From NCBI GenBank assembly GCA_043821645.1, contig JBDRCO010000067.1, forward strand, positions 1 to 13,456: a stretch of 13,456 nucleotides of DNA, given 5' to 3'. The DNA comes from Pseudomonadota bacterium (GTDB taxonomy: Bacteria; Myxococcota; JACRCW01; JAFGSX01). Below are positions 1 through 7,432 of the stretch, one piece after another (position 1 is the first letter of the stretch; every line of letters starts with the position of its first letter). Below the pieces are notes generated by a model. That model saw nothing but the letters and a program-made list of their open reading frames with translations. It had not been told where the DNA came from and did no database searches. A program made the translations under genes and the position numbers.

Positions 1-151
1 CGACGATGCGCATGCGATCGCGCTTGCCGAACACCTTCTTCAGTGCGCTCGGCTTGTTGCTGACCTTTCCCTCGCGCTGGATCTCGCGCTTCTCGTCGAC
101 GATACAGAAGTGACTCGACCTCTTGCCCATGTCCAGTCCACTAGAGTTCAC
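1..151 (-). CDS. IS110 family transposase (DEDD RuvC-like N-terminus), partial
   Basis: Not in the ORF track; translated by hand from GTG at 151: VNSSGLDMGKRSSHFCIVDEKREIQREGKVSNKPSALKKVFGKRDRMRIV. The GLD-x2-K and C-I-V-D pattern is typical of IS110 N-termini, and a good RBS lies 6 nt upstream. Confidence 0.9.
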   Translation of the reverse strand, partial: MNSSGLDMGKRSSHFCIVDEKREIQREGKVSNKPSALKKVFGKRDRMRIV

Positions 152-245
152 GGTCGGCTCCTTTCCGCTGTGCCTCGAGCACGCTGCTACGGGTCGTTCG
201 CACAACCACGATAGCGTCGGATCGGAGCCGGCCGCTTTACTCCAT
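1..245 (-). mobile_element. IS110-superfamily (IS1111-type) insertion sequence, left end and 5' part; runs off the window
   Basis: Minus strand reads TG|atggagTAAAGCGGCC (sub-terminal IR), about 95 nt of leader, RBS GGAAAGGAG, then the transposase start. Aligns without gaps to 1503-1748 (44 mismatches in 246 nt by hand count, ~82%). Confidence 0.9.
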
Positions 246-655
246 CAGGCACCTGTTTCGGGGTCCTCGATCGCGTCCTGGGCCTGTCCCCGGATTCGCA
301 GAGCTTCGGGCCTGGCATCGACGGCCCAGGACCATGTGCGACGGGGCTGCCTGGCTCGTTGTGCTCCTCGCGGTGTCTGGGCGAGAAGTCTTGACCCCGG
401 TGTCACGGCGCCGGGTCGAGGTGCAGGCCCGATACGAGGAGCCATCCTGTTTCTGGTCCTGTGACGATGTGTCCCCCCTGCTCCTAGCGCGTGTCTCCCG
501 CTCGCATTCGACGCAGACGCGCTCACAGCTCGTCTCCAGCTCGAGGCAGAACGGGCTCCACGCTGTCGGCGCTCAAGTGCTAGCCTCTGCACGGTACCGG
601 CCCAGTGCATCGGACGGCAAGGGCCAGCACCCCGCACCCGTCCTGAGGAGATCGC

Positions 656-1399
656 ATGACCGATCTGAAAAATTTTCAGTACCTGCGCGTACAACTCGAC
701 ACGAACACCCGCGTTGCCACGCTCTCCATGAACTTCGAGCGCGAGAACCGCCTGAGCCTGGCGTTGATGGCCGAGTTGCACGAGGCACTCGATGCCCTCG
801 AGTCCGACGACGGCGCGGGTGCGCTGGTGTTCACTGGAGGCGATCCCAAGTTCTTCAGTAACGGGCTGCACCTGGACTGGCTGATGCAAAAGGTGGCTGA
901 GCCCACCGCGGTGGTGGACTACCTGCAGCGCATCAACAACCTGTTCCATCGTGTCACCCTGTATCCCAAGCCCACGGTGGCGGCGCTCAACGGCCACACC
1001 TTTGCGGCTGGTGCCTTTCTGGCAGCCCACATGGACTTCCGCTTGATGCGGGAGGACCGCGGATGGGTCTGCCTGCCCGAGGTGGACATCAACATCCCGC
1101 TGCTGCCCGGCATGATCGCCATTTGCCAGGCCATCTTGCCGCCCCAGGGCTTCAGGCAGCTGTATTACACGGGCAAGCGCTTCACCGCGCCCGAGGCCAA
1201 GATACTGGGATATGTCGATCAGGTCTGCGCTGAGGCCGATCTCTTACCCACAGCCCGCTCCATGGCCGCGCTGCTGGCGCAGAAGCGCACCCGGACTTAC
1301 GCCGAGATGAAGCGGCGCATCCGGGGTGAAGTGGCACGCATCCTGGTTGAGGAAGACCCGCAGCACTTTGCCAGCACCCTCAGCCTAGCCATGGGTTAG
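656..1399 (+). CDS. enoyl-CoA hydratase/isomerase (crotonase) family protein, delta3-delta2-enoyl-CoA isomerase-like
   Basis: Motifs ENRLS, KFFSNGLHLDW, PKPTVAALNGHTFAAG, DFRLMREDRGWVCLPEVDI and TGKRFTAPEA..LGYVD; RBS GAGGAG at 646-651. Confidence 0.93.
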   Translation: MTDLKNFQYLRVQLDTNTRVATLSMNFERENRLSLALMAELHEALDALESDDGAGALVFTGGDPKFFSNGLHLDWLMQKVAEPTAVVDYLQRINNLFHRVTLYPKPTVAALNGHTFAAGAFLAAHMDFRLMREDRGWVCLPEVDINIPLLPGMIAICQAILPPQGFRQLYYTGKRFTAPEAKILGYVDQVCAEADLLPTARSMAALLAQKRTRTYAEMKRRIRGEVARILVEEDPQHFASTLSLAMG

Positions 1400-1503
1400 C
1401 CCCAATTCAGGTTTGATTGTGCACGTCGCCACTGCCAACCCGGCGCAACCCAACTGTTGTTCAAGCACTAGCAGCCCTCTACAGGTGCTCCAACAGCTGG
1501 CTG

Positions 1504-1881
1504 ATGAAGAAAAGCGGCCGGCTCCGATCTGGCGCTGTCGTGGTTGTAGGAACAGCCCGCGGCAGCGTGCTCGAGGCACAGCGGAGAGGAGCCAACCGAG
1601 AACTCTTGTGGACTGGACCGGGGAAAAAGGTCGAGTCACACCGGTATCGCGTACGAGAAGAGCGAGATCCAGCGCGAGGGAACTGTCAGCAACAATCCCG
1701 ACGCGGTGACGAAGGTCTTTGGCTGGCTCGATCGCATGTGCAATCTCGTCGAGGCCAGCACCAGTTCGTTTTGGATGGCAGACCAGCTTGAGGCACTGGG
1801 GCACGAGCCCTTCGTGGAGGACCCACAGCGATAGCCCAGGCGAGGTCAGGCAGTGCTGGACCTGGCAGGCCGCATTATCGA
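1504..1881 (+). mobile_element. internally deleted, non-autonomous IS110/IS1111 derivative (378 bp)
   Basis: 1503-1748 is ~82% identical to the reverse complement of 1-246. 1824-1861 matches 13419-13456 at 34/38 nt. Sub-terminal IRs are AAAAGCGGCC (1510-1519) and GGCCGCATTA (1868-1877). TG flanks both sides (1502-1503, 1882-1883). Confidence 0.85.
1598..1834 (+). pseudogene. degenerate IS110 transposase 5' fragment
   Basis: Start GTG is mutated to GAG. Reads ENSCGLDRGKRSSHTGIAYEKSEIQREG...LVEASTSSFWMADQLEALGHEPFVEDPQR*, including the first D (GLD) and the E (EAS) of the DEDD motif; fused to right-end DNA at about 1824. Confidence 0.85.
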
Positions 1882-1986
1882 TGTCAGCTGTTTTTTTTGG
1901 GGGGCTGGCTTGGCCTTCAAGACCGCGCTGGCGAAAAGCCGCGGACCTTGTCATTCACCACGTCGGGGGTGGAGGGCTGACAGCGA

Positions 1987-2694
1987 ATGAGCAGGCGGGA
2001 CAACGGACAACACAGATGCAGGCAGTGTGCGATGCACTTGAGTCTGTGTATCTGTGCCGAGGTGCCAAGTCTCACCACGGCGAGCAAGCTCTGTCTGGTG
2101 ATGCATCGAGATGAACTTCTCAAGACGACCAACACCGGGCGATTGGCCGCGCGCTGCCTGCAGGGAAGCGAGATCCTCGTCCACGGTCGTGTCGGTGAGC
2201 GCGTCGCAGCACCGGCGCAGATCGGCGGTCGGAGCCTGCGCGAATTGCTGCTTTTCCCCTGTGCTCAGGCCGAACCCCTTGGGCCCCAGCATGCGGAGAG
2301 TGGACCGGTGCGCCTGGTTGTGCCCGATGGTACCTGGCGCCAAGCGACCAAGATGACGCGGCGCCTCGAGTGGATGGCCGCCCTTCCTCGTGTGACATTG
2401 GCCGCAGGCGCGTTGACGCGCTATCGGTTGCGCTCGGAACCAAAGGAGGGGGGGCTTTCCACGATCGAAGCCATCGCTCGCGCTTTTGCGGTGCTGGAGG
2501 GCACCTGGGTCGAAGAGAAGCTGCAGGATGTCTTTAGAAAAATGACCGACCGCACGCTCTACAGTCGAGGGCTCTTGGCCAGGCAGCATGTCTTTGGCGG
2601 TGTGCCCAGCGACGCGCAGAGCCAGGACCCGAATCGCGTGAGTGTTCGAGGCGGCTGGGGCTGCCGAGACGACAGGTCAGGGACGTCGCTGTAG
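1987..2694 (+). CDS. tapT: DTW domain-containing tRNA-uridine aminocarboxypropyltransferase (TapT/YfiP-like)
   Basis: N-terminal RC-x2-C-x6-C-x-C, H-x2-E-x2-K-T-TNTGRL, LLFP, PDGTWRQA (DTW motif), YRLR and LSTIEA. Confidence 0.88.
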   Translation: MSRRDNGQHRCRQCAMHLSLCICAEVPSLTTASKLCLVMHRDELLKTTNTGRLAARCLQGSEILVHGRVGERVAAPAQIGGRSLRELLLFPCAQAEPLGPQHAESGPVRLVVPDGTWRQATKMTRRLEWMAALPRVTLAAGALTRYRLRSEPKEGGLSTIEAIARAFAVLEGTWVEEKLQDVFRKMTDRTLYSRGLLARQHVFGGVPSDAQSQDPNRVSVRGGWGCRDDRSGTSL

Positions 2695-2714
2695 GTCGCC
2701 TACTGAGGGGCACT

Positions 2715-2765
2715 CCAAGGAGGTGCCCGAAACTTGGGCACCTTCCGCGGGATCGAGATCCTTGG
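2715..2765. terminator. GC-rich stem-loop(s) between convergent genes
   Basis: AGGTGCCC (2721-2728) / GGGCACCT (2736-2743) hairpin, enclosed by CCAAGG (2715-2720) / CCTTGG (2760-2765). No U-tract, so terminator function is uncertain. Confidence 0.35.
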
Positions 2766-2780
2766 TGGGCCCTAGGTGAG

Positions 2781-2822
2781 TGGTATTGCTGGACAGGTAT
2801 TTGGCTGGCACCTACTCGGGGC
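2781..2822 (-). repeat. dispersed repeat family, partial copy A
   Basis: Minus strand GCCCCgagtaGGTGCCAGCCAAATACCTgtccagcaatacca; the 17-mer core at 2795-2811 is identical to copies B, C and D. Confidence 0.85.
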
Positions 2823-2849
2823 ACCTCCGAGAGGGGTATTGGGACCGTC

Positions 2850-3584
2850 TCAAGGCGCCCTGAGCCTCTCCAGCAGCAGCTCCAGATCCGCGGCGGAGCC
2901 TGGGCTGAGGATGAAGCTCCGCTTGCCGACCGAACTCTCGACCATCACCTGGGTCGTGCCCAGCGCCCGATCGGCGACATGGTACGCGGTGGCCGCCTCC
3001 AGGGCATGCACCAGACTCCACAGCTCGCGGACCTGCACGACAGACAAGGTGCCCGCAGCCGGCTCACCTCCCGAGTAGCTGCCACTGGAGCTCGTCTCCG
3101 GCGTCACCGGCGCGTACCGCCAGCGCGCGGCCGAGGCGCCGACGTCCATCGTTGCCGTCGTGGTGTTGCCACTGCCGTCGCTGACGTGCACCGTCCACGG
3201 ACCCGTCTCCGGCCCGGCGTCGACGAGTGACCACGTCGCGTCGTCCAGCCACCACTCGGGCATGCTGTCCATGGCAACCCCTTGCGACCAGGCGCCGTCG
3301 GCGTCCTGGCTGGCGCGAGGCACACGAGCCGCCTGCACCAGCCGCCCTTCGACGCGGACCACACGCCCCTCGACGCCGGTCGGCCACGAGGAGAAACCCG
3401 AGATGTGGATCACGCGGCCGTCCTCGGCCAAGAGGACCGCGCTCGCCTTGCTGTTGCGAGCGACGCCGTCAATTGCCTCGGTCACCGGCTGTGTGGGCTG
3501 CATCGTGTTCACCTCCCTCGCAACTCCGTGGGTGGAACCGGCGCAGGCGACGAGGAACAGGAGGGCGAATAGTATGGCCTTCAT
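2850..3584 (-). CDS. hypothetical lipoprotein
   Basis: MKAILFALLFLVAC is a signal peptide II with lipobox; RBS GCAGGAG upstream; high-GC3 codon usage. No family recognised. Confidence 0.75.
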   Translation of the reverse strand: MKAILFALLFLVACAGSTHGVAREVNTMQPTQPVTEAIDGVARNSKASAVLLAEDGRVIHISGFSSWPTGVEGRVVRVEGRLVQAARVPRASQDADGAWSQGVAMDSMPEWWLDDATWSLVDAGPETGPWTVHVSDGSGNTTTATMDVGASAARWRYAPVTPETSSSGSYSGGEPAAGTLSVVQVRELWSLVHALEAATAYHVADRALGTTQVMVESSVGKRSFILSPGSAADLELLLERLRAP

Positions 3585-3856
3585 CGGATCTCCTGCGGTG
3601 TGGAGGAACCATAGACGGGATCCCCCTTTGCGCCCATTCCCACGTCACGCTCTTCGCAGACGACTCGGAGAGGGGGCTCCGGTTCAGCTCAGGTGATGTA
3701 CCGGGAGGTGAGAGATGGATTTCTACCGGTCAAACAAAATGTGCGTGCAGCACGACGCCTAGCTGCAAGGAAACGAAGCCCCATTACTGGAAATCGACCG
3801 TCAAGTGCGGATCGATGTACAGGTCGTACAGACTGCCGGGAAGGTGCTGCAGGGAA

Positions 3857-3895
3857 GGTGCCAGCCACCTGTGCCGGGGCCACCTGTGCCGGGGC
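3857..3895 (+). repeat. short repeat motif GGTGCCAGCCACC followed by a perfect 15-bp tandem duplication
   Basis: GGTGCCAGCCA matches the 5' motif of the dispersed repeat; GCCACCTGTGCCGGG occurs at 3864-3878 and 3879-3893. Confidence 0.75.
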
Positions 3896-3899
3896 AGTC

Positions 3900-4346
3900 A
3901 TGGCTCTGGTGCCGGCGGCGGACGACGTCAAGCTGAAAGCCACCACGCAGAGGAGCTACGACTGCAGCGTCCGCAACCTGGCGCGCACGTACTACCAGGT
4001 GTGGCGGGCCATCTCGGCCGAGCCGGGCTGGATCGATGCCGAGGTGCCGTATTACCTGGGCGCAGCCGACCGCGGCACGGTGGACGCGCTTGGCCCGGAC
4101 CTCGACCTGTACCACGACGTGCTGGGCACATCGGCGCAGAACTCGGGAGGCCACGACCCCTACCACGTGCGCTCGGCCACCATGTGGTGGCTGCGCCGCT
4201 CCCATGACAAGACAGCGACCATATGGCTCGAGGGACTCGAGCGCCTGCTGCGCACCTACGACGCCAGGTGGCTCGGCACCGAGCAGTCCAAACCGCCGCA
4301 CAAGCCACCCCGGCGCCAGCACTCGGCAGAACCAGAGTACCGGTGA
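3900..4346 (+). CDS. hypothetical protein, probably a 5'-truncated gene fragment
   Basis: Strong GC3 bias and protein-like sequence (YYQVW...WWLRRSHD...GLERLLRTYDARWL) begin only at about 3894-3900. The 3693-3893 extension is lower in GC and includes the tandem duplication. No clear RBS before ATG 3900. Confidence 0.55.
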   Translation: MALVPAADDVKLKATTQRSYDCSVRNLARTYYQVWRAISAEPGWIDAEVPYYLGAADRGTVDALGPDLDLYHDVLGTSAQNSGGHDPYHVRSATMWWLRRSHDKTATIWLEGLERLLRTYDARWLGTEQSKPPHKPPRRQHSAEPEYR

Positions 4347-4350
4347 GACC

Positions 4351-4458
4351 GCCCCAGGGTACGTGCCAGCCAAATACCTATCCAGTAGTACCAGGTCGTT
4401 ACGGAAGGCTCTGTCCCCTGCCTGATAGGGAAGGCTCTGTACCCTGCTCTACCTGCTC
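4351..4458 (+). repeat. dispersed repeat family, full copy B plus duplicated 3' motif
   Basis: 4351-4421 matches 12196-12266 at 64/71 nt; a second GGAAGGCTCTGTACCCTGCTCTAC begins at 4429. Confidence 0.92.
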
Positions 4459-4517
4459 GATAACACAGCATAAGTTCGCGCCGAGGTCGTCGGCGGGAGG
4501 CGGTAACCCCCCAATCA

Positions 4518-4571
4518 GGTGCCAGCCAAATACCTATTCAGTAATACTAAGTATTTACAGAAGGCTCTGCC
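4518..4571 (+). repeat. dispersed repeat family, copy C
   Basis: GGTGCCAGCCAAATACCTattcagtaatactAAGTATTTacaGAAGGCTCTG, colinear with copies B and D. Confidence 0.9.
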
Positions 4572-4706
4572 GCAAGTTACCGCAATAACTAGTAAATTTA
4601 TTCGACCACGGCATGCCCGTACGGGCTGTGCACTGGTTGTTCATACTATTTGTATGTGTTACGAACTCTCATCGAAAATTGAGCAGCTACTCGTTTGATG
4701 GAGCGC

Positions 4707-4721
4707 TGGGCGAAGCCTTGC
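4707..4721 (+). promoter_or_regulatory. possible sigma54 (-24/-12) promoter for the lipoprotein operon
   Basis: TGG-gcgaagcc-TTGC has GG-N10-GC spacing about 35 nt upstream of ATG 4757, downstream of an AT-rich stretch. The CACG part of the consensus is absent. Confidence 0.25.
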
Positions 4722-4756
4722 GGATTGCGCAACGCTCCTCCGAAAGGTTCTTGCCC

Positions 4757-7420
4757 ATGAAACCTCGCATTTACCTCTCGGCCTTCATCCTCACTCCGTT
4801 TCTACTCCTGGGATTCGGAGGCTGCTCCTGCGGTGGACCGACCGAGGAAGACGGCGGCAGCTCCTCCAAGTCCGACTCAGGACCGGACGACGACGCAACC
4901 ACCGCCACGGACGCCAGCCCTCAACTGGACTCGGCCACGGACCCGGACTCGGCCACGGGCCCGGACTCGGCCACGGGCCCGGACACGGCCACGGGCCCGG
5001 ACACGGCATCGAACCCGGACGCGGCCATCGACGAGGACGGCAGCACCTCGCCCGATGCCGCCCCGACCTGTCTCGCCACCTGCGTGGTCTACGTGGACAA
5101 CAGCGTGGCCACCCCTGGCGACGGCCTCACCCCGGCCACGGCGCTGCACGATGTCCAGACCGGCATCGACGCGGCCATTGCCCTGGCCCCCGATCCCTGT
5201 ACCTGCGAGGTGCGGGTGGCCATGGGCACCTACAACGTCCTGGTCAACGACGCCGAGGACACCATCCTGCTGGCACCGCGGGTGCAGCTCAACGGCGGGT
5301 TTGACAACGGCTTTGCCGGTGCAGCGGATCCAAACCAGTTCGAGACCATCCTGGATGGCCGCTCCTTTGGCGCCGGCTCCGATGATGCCGGGTTCGAGGA
5401 CGTCGGGTCCGAGGACGGTGGCACGGAGGCCACCAGAGTGTTCCACGTCGTCACCGGCGCCGAAAACGCGGGCATCGACGGCTTCACCATCACCGGTGGC
5501 AGCGCGGTCGACGACGCCGACCCGCAAAACCCCAACAACTACGGCGGTGGCATGTACAGCGCGGGCGTCTCACCCAGCATCACCCGCTGCACCTTTGTCG
5601 GCAATACCGCCGTGTGGGGCGGCGGCATGTACAACGGAGCCAATGTCTCGGAGGTCACCCACTGCGCCTTTTACGACAACGCCGCGACCGAGGGCGGTGG
5701 CGGCGTGGCCAACCGCGGCTCGCAGGCGGTCTTCACCGACTGCGCGTTCGAGGGCAACACGGCCGTTTCTGGCGGCGCCGTGTTCAACGGGGCGTCGAGC
5801 GCACCCGAGTTCGGGCAGACCGGCGCGGACCTGGGCCTCATCCGGCTCAACAGCGCCGAGTACGGCGGCGGCATGCACAACGAGGCCGGCGCCTTCCCCA
5901 CCATCACCGACGTCAGGTTCGTGAGCAACACCGCGTCCCACTCGGGCGGCGGCATGCACAACGTGGAGGACGCCAGCCCGATCCTGACCGGCGTGGTCTT
6001 CGCCAGCAACACGGCCACCCACTCCGGCGGCGGCATGTACAACAACGCCGCGGCCCCGGTGATGAGCGCCACCCTGTTCAGCGCCAACTCGGCGGAGAAC
6101 GGCGGGGGCCTCTACAACGACTCCGTGGCCGACCTGGTGCTGAGTGCGGTGGTCGTGGCCAACAACACCACCACGAGCCACGGCGCAGGTCTGTTCAACA
6201 CGGGCACCACGCTCGAGCTGTTCGAGTGCGATGTCGACGCCAACGTGGCCATGGGCAACGGTGGCGGCGTCTACAACGTGAGCGGCACCGCGATCATCGT
6301 CACCAGCGGGACGGTGCAGCACAACGCGGCGGTCAACGGCGGAGGCGTGCTCATCGGCGGGGGCACCTCCATGACCAGCGCCAGCGCCACCTACAGCCAC
6401 AACACCAGCACAAATCAAACCCCCGCCGTCGACGGCGGGGGCGGCGCCATCCGCAACCACGGCACCCTCACCATGTACGGAGACCTGATCGCCGACAACA
6501 GGGCCTACATGCTCGGAGCCGGTGTGTACAACGGGGACGCGACCGCCACCCTCACCGATGTCAGGTTTGTCGACAACAGCGCACACGATGGCGTCACCGG
6601 ACATGGAGGTTACGGCGGCGGCATGTACAACAAGAAGGGCCACGTCACCGTCACCAACAGCCTGTTCCACAGCAATCAGTCCGATCTCCAGGGAGGCGCC
6701 ATCAGGAGCTCGTACGACCGGACCGAGCCAGAGGTGGTGACGCTGGTCGTCGAGGACTGCATCTTCACGGACAACGAATCCAACCGCGGTGGAGCGATCG
6801 CGACGGATACCAGCACTCCCACGATCCGCGATTCGATATTCAACGGCAATCTGGGCTACGCCGGCGGCGGCGCCCTGTTCATCGCCGGGTTTGACTACTC
6901 GACCTTTGAGAACTGCATGTTCGTCAACAATTTTGCCCCGGAAGGAGGAGCGGTCCAGCTCTGGAGCGGCTACTACAACCCGACCTTTGTCAACTGCACC
7001 TTCTACTCCAACGAGGGCACGAGCGCCGGCGGGGTCTTCCACTACGTGGTCGAGAACCCTGTGTATCATCCCTACTCGGACCTCACCGTGATCAACTCCA
7101 TCCTCTGGGGTAACAGGTCTCCCTCGTCGGACGTGATGAGGAGGCAGATCCATAAGGGGAGCACAGAGGTCAGCTCCATCACCTACAGCGATGTGCAGGG
7201 AGGGTGCACCACGGCCAACGGCTGCACCACCGACCAGACCGGCAACCGCAATCAGGATCCCCTGCTTTTGCCGGTCGGCAGCGACGGCGTCTATGAGCTG
7301 GGGCCGAACTCGCCGTGCCTCAACGTGGGCAACGACGGCGCCATGGACACCCCCACCGATCTGCTCGGCAACCCGCGCAAGAACGGCGTCGTGGACCTGG
7401 GCGCGGTCGAGAGGCAGTAA
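4757..7420 (+). CDS. lipoprotein with right-handed beta-helix (chlamydial Pmp-like GG[A/G] + FxxN repeats) and C-terminal choice-of-anchor-Q-like segment, 887 aa
   Basis: Start reassigned to ATG 4757 (RBS GAAAGG; MKPRIYLSAFILTPFLLLGFGGC lipobox). N-cap VYVD..GDG..TA..VQ..ID..VAMGTY, many F-x2-N-x-A-x2-GGG(M/V/L)YN repeats, and C-terminal LGPNSPCLNVG..TDLLGNPR..VDLGAVE. Confidence 0.88.
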   Translation: MKPRIYLSAFILTPFLLLGFGGCSCGGPTEEDGGSSSKSDSGPDDDATTATDASPQLDSATDPDSATGPDSATGPDTATGPDTASNPDAAIDEDGSTSPDAAPTCLATCVVYVDNSVATPGDGLTPATALHDVQTGIDAAIALAPDPCTCEVRVAMGTYNVLVNDAEDTILLAPRVQLNGGFDNGFAGAADPNQFETILDGRSFGAGSDDAGFEDVGSEDGGTEATRVFHVVTGAENAGIDGFTITGGSAVDDADPQNPNNYGGGMYSAGVSPSITRCTFVGNTAVWGGGMYNGANVSEVTHCAFYDNAATEGGGGVANRGSQAVFTDCAFEGNTAVSGGAVFNGASSAPEFGQTGADLGLIRLNSAEYGGGMHNEAGAFPTITDVRFVSNTASHSGGGMHNVEDASPILTGVVFASNTATHSGGGMYNNAAAPVMSATLFSANSAENGGGLYNDSVADLVLSAVVVANNTTTSHGAGLFNTGTTLELFECDVDANVAMGNGGGVYNVSGTAIIVTSGTVQHNAAVNGGGVLIGGGTSMTSASATYSHNTSTNQTPAVDGGGGAIRNHGTLTMYGDLIADNRAYMLGAGVYNGDATATLTDVRFVDNSAHDGVTGHGGYGGGMYNKKGHVTVTNSLFHSNQSDLQGGAIRSSYDRTEPEVVTLVVEDCIFTDNESNRGGAIATDTSTPTIRDSIFNGNLGYAGGGALFIAGFDYSTFENCMFVNNFAPEGGAVQLWSGYYNPTFVNCTFYSNEGTSAGGVFHYVVENPVYHPYSDLTVINSILWGNRSPSSDVMRRQIHKGSTEVSSITYSDVQGGCTTANGCTTDQTGNRNQDPLLLPVGSDGVYELGPNSPCLNVGNDGAMDTPTDLLGNPRKNGVVDLGAVERQ
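4927..5026 (+). repeat. intragenic 18-bp tandem repeat (~5.5 units, PD[S/T]ATG linker)
   Basis: GGAC(T/A)CGGCCACGG(G/A)CCC units start at 4927, 4945, 4963 and 4981, with degenerate units at 4999 and 5017. Confidence 0.92.
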
Positions 7421-7432
7421 GGAGCATCCATC

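Larger units (their letters stand above)
1492..1898 (+). repeat. palindromic target site split by the IS remnant (AACAGCTGGC-TG / TG-TCAGCTGTT, then a T8 run)
   Basis: The arms at 1492-1501 and 1883-1892 are reverse complements with one G/T mismatch. The T-run at 1891-1898 lies downstream of the crotonase gene, so the empty site may also have acted as a terminator. Confidence 0.7.

Noticed and set aside
245-1030. 261-aa minus ORF and other short ORFs over 123-861
   Set aside because: They overlap the crotonase gene or the IS end, are Arg/Ala/Pro-rich and lack motifs; no gene is supportable in 258-640.
1-1748. Diversity-generating retroelement TR/VR pair from the two similar segments
   Set aside because: Mismatches involve all four bases rather than only adenines, there is no reverse transcriptase, and the segments are IS copies.
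1503-1883. GATG as a 4-bp target-site duplication or core
   Set aside because: Formally possible, but a TG core gives a centred palindromic target, 10-bp IR spacing and a better -10 box; kept only as the alternative.
1385-2135. Track ORFs at 1385-1954, 1413-1709, 1417-1791 and 1719-2114
   Set aside because: Alternative frames over the IS remnant; the real frame is the start-less 1598-1834 pseudogene.
3600-3837. Riboswitch or sRNA in the divergent intergenic region
   Set aside because: Only short hairpins such as TGCAGC/GCTGCA; no recognisable family motif.
4351-4571. CRISPR array from repeat copies B and C
   Set aside because: Only two adjacent, divergent 55-70 bp copies with irregular spacing; other copies are kilobases away; no cas genes.
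4613-4756. N-terminal extension of the 935-aa ORF
   Set aside because: AT-rich, promoter-like DNA; the RBS and signal peptide point to ATG 4757.
4757-7420. Classical autotransporter (type V secretion) call for the Pmp-like protein
   Set aside because: No C-terminal beta-barrel with a terminal aromatic residue; it has a lipobox and ends in DLGAVERQ.
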